DNA from: Trueperaceae bacterium
GTDB taxonomy: Bacteria; Deinococcota; Deinococci; Deinococcales; Trueperaceae
NCBI GenBank assembly: GCA_965213705.1
Contig: OZ243913.1
Coordinates: 1,504,001 to 1,568,000 of the forward strand
Direction: 5' to 3'
Length of the DNA stretch: 64,000 nucleotides
Positions 59,786 to 64,000 of this stretch are shown piece by piece. Below the pieces are notes generated by a model. The model did no database searches. It saw only the letters and a program-made list of their open reading frames with translations, and was not told where the DNA came from. Position 1 is the stretch's first letter. Every line of letters starts with the position of its first letter. Both the position numbers and the translations under genes were made by a program.

Positions 59786-60470
59786 GGGTTCGGGTTTCTG
59801 TTAGGACGGGCACGTGCTCGGTTTGCGAGACGAGGCTCGCTACCGCCAGGTCGTCGAGCAAGTTCAAGGTGCGCAGGTACTGACCCGACGACGAGCGCCA
59901 AAAAGCCTCCAACGGGTCTGGAAAAGCGCGGACCAAGTTTACTGCCAAGCGCGCCGCACCGCCCAGGTCTACGTCCGGGTTTCGGTGCTGTAACCGTGCG
60001 GCCAAAAAACCGGCGGCGAGGGTGTCGTCTAAGTCCTCACGGCCCCACAAACCGCTGCAGACTAAGTAGACCCGCCGTTGCGCCAGGGCCAAAGCCCGCT
60101 CGACGGCGGCGTCCGCGTTGTAAAGGGAGCCCAAAAGCAGGTGCTCGGCGCCGTCCAGCAAGGGCAAGGTGGTCGGCGCGTTTTCGGAAACCAGGACCGC
60201 TTCGGCTCCCGCCATGTCGACGCGGCGCAGTTCGGCGGGCGAGTTGCCGTAGTTGAAACCTTCGGGCGGCAAGCCTTTGCGCTCGCCTAAAAGCAGCCAC
60301 TTTCGCTCCTGGGCGAGGGTGCGGGCGAGTTTGGTTTTGGTTGCCAGGTGCAAACGCAATAAGCCGTTCTCAAACAAAAGCGGCGCGACCGTACAGGTGC
60401 GCAGCACGTCGATAAGGACGACGACGTCGTCGTAAGGCGGGGAAGGAAGCAGGTCGACACGAATGTGCAT
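59745..60470 (-). CDS. 2-phosphosulfolactate phosphatase (ComB family)
   Basis: VLIDVLR, GER.G....GF.YGNSP, LVCSG, DD.L.AG. Confidence 0.85.
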   Translation of the reverse strand: MHIRVDLLPSPPYDDVVVLIDVLRTCTVAPLLFENGLLRLHLATKTKLARTLAQERKWLLLGERKGLPPEGFNYGNSPAELRRVDMAGAEAVLVSENAPTTLPLLDGAEHLLLGSLYNADAAVERALALAQRRVYLVCSGLWGREDLDDTLAAGFLAARLQHRNPDVDLGGAARLAVNLVRAFPDPLEAFWRSSSGQYLRTLNLLDDLAVASLVSQTEHVPVLTETRTHDHGTLYTFDSEY

Positions 60471-60647
60471 AAAGGTTCCGTCGGGTTCGAGGGGCTTGGT
60501 GGCTTACGGGCTCGAGCCACGCCCGGAAGTCTAACACGGTGCGTTGCCGGGCGGTGTGTCCGTACCGGTTACCGCACTGCTCGTGCGGACGGCGGGTATA
60601 GGGTTCTGGAAAACGGTGCGGGCACTGCGCGCACGGTAACCTGACCC

Positions 60648-62213
60648 GTGCCGGGTTCCCCCCCAAAACCGAACTTTGCCGCGAGCTACGCCGCCGGAGC
60701 GCTGAACGAGTTTTACGCGCTGTCTCCGGGCGACATGAGGACCGCCCTCGACCTGCCCAGACCTGTCGACCGCGACCCGCTAGCGGCGGCGCTGAAAAGT
60801 CACGCCACGCGGCTCGGCGCGCCCCAGCCCGTTTACGCCCAGATAGAACGGCTGCGCCACCCGGACAGCCGCGCGGTCGTGACCGGCCAGCAGGCCGGGC
60901 TGCTGCTCGGCCCCAGTTACACCCTGTCCAAAGCGGTCACGGCGTTGCGTCTGGCAAAAACTCTCTCGACCGAAGCCAAACCCGTCGTGCCGATTTTTTG
61001 GGTCGCCAGCCAAGACCACGACACCGCGGAGGTCGACCGCGCTTACCTGCTCGACCTGAACGAAGACCTGCACAAGCTCTCGCTGCCCTTGCCGCGGGGT
61101 GTGGCTTCCGGCCGCATCGAGTTCAAAGACGCTTGGCTCGAGACGCTCCTCGCCGACTTGGGACCCCTCGCCTCGAAACCACCGCATTTTACCGAAGTTA
61201 CCGCGTTGCTGCGCGAGGCGGCAGCGGTCTCGAACAGCTTTGCCGACTTTTTCGCTGCGCTCTTGTACAAGCTGCTAGGCGCGTACGGGCTCATCGTCCT
61301 CGACCCGCTCGAGCCCGAGCTGGCAACCCTGTTCAAGCCGCTCTTGAGGGCGGAACTCGAGCAGCCGACCGCCTCGGCAACGGCCGTGAACGAGGCCGGG
61401 GAAAGAATTGCAGCCCACGGCTTCAGCCCGCAACTCGGGCGCGGGGCGGGCGCAACTAACCTGTTTTTAGAAAGCGAAACCGCTCAGCGGCAACTCCTTC
61501 GTTTCGACGGCGAAACCTTTGCGACCGACGCGGGCGAGTACGTTCAGCAAGAGGTCCTCAGGATTTTGGAACAAGACCCAAGCCGCCTCACGCCTGCGGC
61601 GGGTTTGCGGCCCGTGACCCAAGACTTTGCGCTGCCGACCGCCGTCACGGTCGTCGGGCCGGGCGAGTTGCGCTACTTTGCCCAACTGGGGGGCGTCTAC
61701 GACCTTCACCGCGTCGCCATGCCGCTCGTGTGGCCGCGCGCGACCGTCACCGTTTTGGAGCCCCCGGTCGCGCGCATCCTGGACAAGTTCGGTCTGGACG
61801 CGTTGGACCTCACCCAAAACTTTGCCGCCCTCAAAAACAGGACGCTGCTCAGGCTGCACGGTCACGCCGAAGGTTTCGAAGGTACGCTGGCGACGCTCGA
61901 GACCTCGCTCGAGGCCTTGCTCGAGCACCTGCGCGCCGTCGACCCGACCTTACGAGGCACGCTTGACAAAAGCGAAGAGAGGTTGCGCACCACGCTGGAC
62001 GTGCTGCAGACCAAAACCGCTCGAGCCCTGGCGCGCGAGGACAGCACCTACACACGGCAGTTCGACCGCCTGGAAAAACACCTGCTCCCGCTCGGCCAAC
62101 CCCAGGAGCGCGTCGTCAGCCCCTTCAGCTTTTTCTTAAAATTCGGCGTCAAACCCGTTTTGGACGCGTTCTTAGCCGTCCCGCCCGAGGGCGACCACAT
62201 CGTCACCCTTTGA
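60648..62213 (+). CDS. bshC: Bacillithiol biosynthesis cysteine-adding enzyme
   Basis: VVTGQQ.GLL.GP.YT..K, FW.ASQDHD..E, LRP..QD..LPT, GPGE..YFAQL, QER. Confidence 0.92.
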   Translation: MPGSPPKPNFAASYAAGALNEFYALSPGDMRTALDLPRPVDRDPLAAALKSHATRLGAPQPVYAQIERLRHPDSRAVVTGQQAGLLLGPSYTLSKAVTALRLAKTLSTEAKPVVPIFWVASQDHDTAEVDRAYLLDLNEDLHKLSLPLPRGVASGRIEFKDAWLETLLADLGPLASKPPHFTEVTALLREAAAVSNSFADFFAALLYKLLGAYGLIVLDPLEPELATLFKPLLRAELEQPTASATAVNEAGERIAAHGFSPQLGRGAGATNLFLESETAQRQLLRFDGETFATDAGEYVQQEVLRILEQDPSRLTPAAGLRPVTQDFALPTAVTVVGPGELRYFAQLGGVYDLHRVAMPLVWPRATVTVLEPPVARILDKFGLDALDLTQNFAALKNRTLLRLHGHAEGFEGTLATLETSLEALLEHLRAVDPTLRGTLDKSEERLRTTLDVLQTKTARALAREDSTYTRQFDRLEKHLLPLGQPQERVVSPFSFFLKFGVKPVLDAFLAVPPEGDHIVTL

Positions 62214-62830
62214 CTGTGGCTCCGAGCTACCTGCTCCACGACCTCGAGGACGCTTTAGAGAAGACCGAAGACTGCATCCTGTGCTTTTTGGAACGCCGTC
62301 AGGTGGCGCGTTACTTGGGGGGCGTCGCCGCCGACGGCGTCAACAACGTCCCCTTGCGGCAAAAACTGGCCGCGCGCGGCGGCTACTGCGCCCCGCACAG
62401 CGCCGAGTTCGCGGCAATGGCGAGCCCGCTGTCGGCGGCGATTTTGCTTGCCGCTTTCGTGACCGAGCGCCTGGAGCGCGCGGCTCAGGGCAAGCGCCCC
62501 GTACCTCTGCGTTGCGAAGCTTGCGAGGTCGGCGCAAAAACGCGGCAGAGCTACGTCAAGAGCGTCGCTAAAAACGGCAAGTCGCCGGAGGTTCAAAAAA
62601 TTCTTTTAGACGGCAACTTGTGTTTGAACCACCTCGAGCTCCTCTGCCGCCACTTGCCCGCCGGTGTTCGTGACGCGCTCGTCGCCCAAAACGACAAGTT
62701 GTTAAAAAACCTGGCCGAACTCGTCCGCAAACACGACTACAGGTTTCAGGCCGAAACCATCACGGAGGCTGAGAAAGGGAGCGTCAAAGACGCCTTGAGG
62801 TTGTTGGGCTCGAGGGAAGAAAACGAGTAA
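62210..62830 (+). CDS. DUF6062-like Cys/His-rich protein
   Basis: CILC, GYC..H, CEAC, LCL.H, RKHDYR. Confidence 0.7.
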   Translation: MTVAPSYLLHDLEDALEKTEDCILCFLERRQVARYLGGVAADGVNNVPLRQKLAARGGYCAPHSAEFAAMASPLSAAILLAAFVTERLERAAQGKRPVPLRCEACEVGAKTRQSYVKSVAKNGKSPEVQKILLDGNLCLNHLELLCRHLPAGVRDALVAQNDKLLKNLAELVRKHDYRFQAETITEAEKGSVKDALRLLGSREENE

Positions 62831-63059
62831 ACCCTACAACTCACACGTGCAGCGGTGCCGAGAACGGTTGAAACGACTCTGCACTACCGCCAAAAGACAG
62901 CCGACCCACAAGGCTGCCTTTCCTCAAAAAGGAGGAAGAATCAAAAGCCGTTCAGCAAAGTTGGACGGAAAGGCTAGCGTAAGCCCCTCGTTCGGAATTC
63001 GAACAAGGGGCCGGGTCCGGCATTCGTTTTTAGAAGCTGCCTCGAGGGTCGTGCTGGCG

Positions 63060-63398
63060 CTAAGCGTCGTCCCGGTCGTTGATACGCGCGGGTGGCGAGG
63101 TCGCCTCGACGGCGGTGAAGGTCTCGAGAATCTTATACGTGTGCTTGGCGTCTTTGGGCACGAGCCAGGAGTCGCCGCTCTCGAGCAGTACCATCTGGCC
63201 TTCTAGGTGCAACTCGGCGCGGCCGCTGACGACGTAGCCGACGGTTTCGTACTCGCGGCTCATCTCGGGCTTGGGCTCGCTGGCTTCTTCTTTCCACAGC
63301 CGCATGGCGAGACTCTTGCCCGAAACGAGGTAGGTCTGGCCCATCTCGCCCTTGGGCGAGTGGTCGGCGTTGACTTTTTTGATGGTCGTGTCGCTCAT
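63060..63398 (-). CDS. Cupin domain protein
   Basis: SP.GEMGQ.YL.SG, ETVGYV.SGRAEL, GDSW.VP....H.Y; CAGGAGG RBS. Confidence 0.85.
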   Translation of the reverse strand: MSDTTIKKVNADHSPKGEMGQTYLVSGKSLAMRLWKEEASEPKPEMSREYETVGYVVSGRAELHLEGQMVLLESGDSWLVPKDAKHTYKILETFTAVEATSPPARINDRDDA

Positions 63399-63495
63399 CT
63401 TTGCCTCCTGCGGCAAGTGTTGCACGGCCCACAAAGCCGCACTGTGAGACACGCGCAAATAGCCGCTTCGCGCACGTTCGTGTGACGAGCGGGCG

Positions 63496-64000
63496 TTACT
63501 CGAGCGTGACGGACTCCAAGTCTTGCCGCCGCTCCCGGTCTTTGGCACGCTGCGCGGGCGTTTTGAGCAAGTCGGCTAAGCGCTCGTTGACCGTGTCGTA
63601 GTAGCGAAACACCAGGCTGCCCAAAATCACCATCGTCAACACGTAGAGCGAGGTCATGCCGATAATCGCCTCGCGCGTGCTTTCCGGCAGCGCGCTCACC
63701 CCGGCGGCGAGCCCGGCGATGACGAGCGAGAACTCGCCCCGCGGCAACAGCATCAGTCCGTGCCCGACACTGGCCCTTGGGCTCAAACCGCTCAGCCGAC
63801 CCGAGGTGAAGCCGGTCAGCATGTTCGTCACCACGGTGGCGACGACGAGGAGCAGCGCGGCCGGCAGTTGGGTCAGCGCGCTCAAAATATCGACGTGCAA
63901 GCCGAAGTCCAGAAAAAATGCCGCGGCGGCCACGTCGTACCAGGGGTGGAGCGTGGCTTCCAACCTGTCCTTAAAGCGCGACTCCGCCAGGAGCATCCCC
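63496..64000 (-). CDS. Cation:proton antiporter (CPA2/KhtU-like), 5' part outside the window
   Basis: FF..FG, PRGEFSLVIA; multiple TM helices. Confidence 0.8.
   Translation of the reverse strand, partial: GMLLAESRFKDRLEATLHPWYDVAAAAFFLDFGLHVDILSALTQLPAALLLVVATVVTNMLTGFTSGRLSGLSPRASVGHGLMLLPRGEFSLVIAGLAAGVSALPESTREAIIGMTSLYVLTMVILGSLVFRYYDTVNERLADLLKTPAQRAKDRERRQDLESVTLE

Overview
A GC-rich bacterial chromosome segment, most likely Deinococcota (Trueperaceae-like). This assignment is inferred from frequent leaderless TAnnnT-N5..8-start genes, bshC, a T-box-controlled valS and strong CTCGAG over-representation. Most of the window is housekeeping and metabolic genes: the 3' end of fucI and a sugar-catabolic cluster, a GH13 enzyme, valS, ggt, minD/minE, ftsE, patatins, glycosyltransferases, a comB-like phosphatase and bshC. 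Four things stand out. (1) A ~9.1-kb element integrated in tRNA-Val(GAC) with 51-bp att repeats. It carries a tyrosine integrase, an XRE repressor, an excisionase-like HTH, a primase-DUF3987 replicase with iterons, an Hjc-like resolvase and three coiled-coil genes, plus a symmetric four-repeat site. It has no recognisable capsid, large terminase or conjugation genes, so it looks like a minimalist phage-satellite-like island. (2) An intact LexA-family repressor divergent from a SRAP/YedK gene. Their shared promoter holds a palindrome, ACCTTA-N5-TAAGGT, that recurs identically about 5.8 kb away over the promoter of an unknown 90-aa protein, next to a candidate ~180-nt structured RNA. This is a candidate new SOS-type operator and regulon. 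(3) A fucose-isomerase/kinase/aldolase cluster with two extra sugar-phosphate oxidoreductases. (4) Window-wide patterns: a HIP1-like CTCGAG palindrome and many 12-16-bp tandem duplications. All product calls come from motif recognition by eye; no database searches were run.
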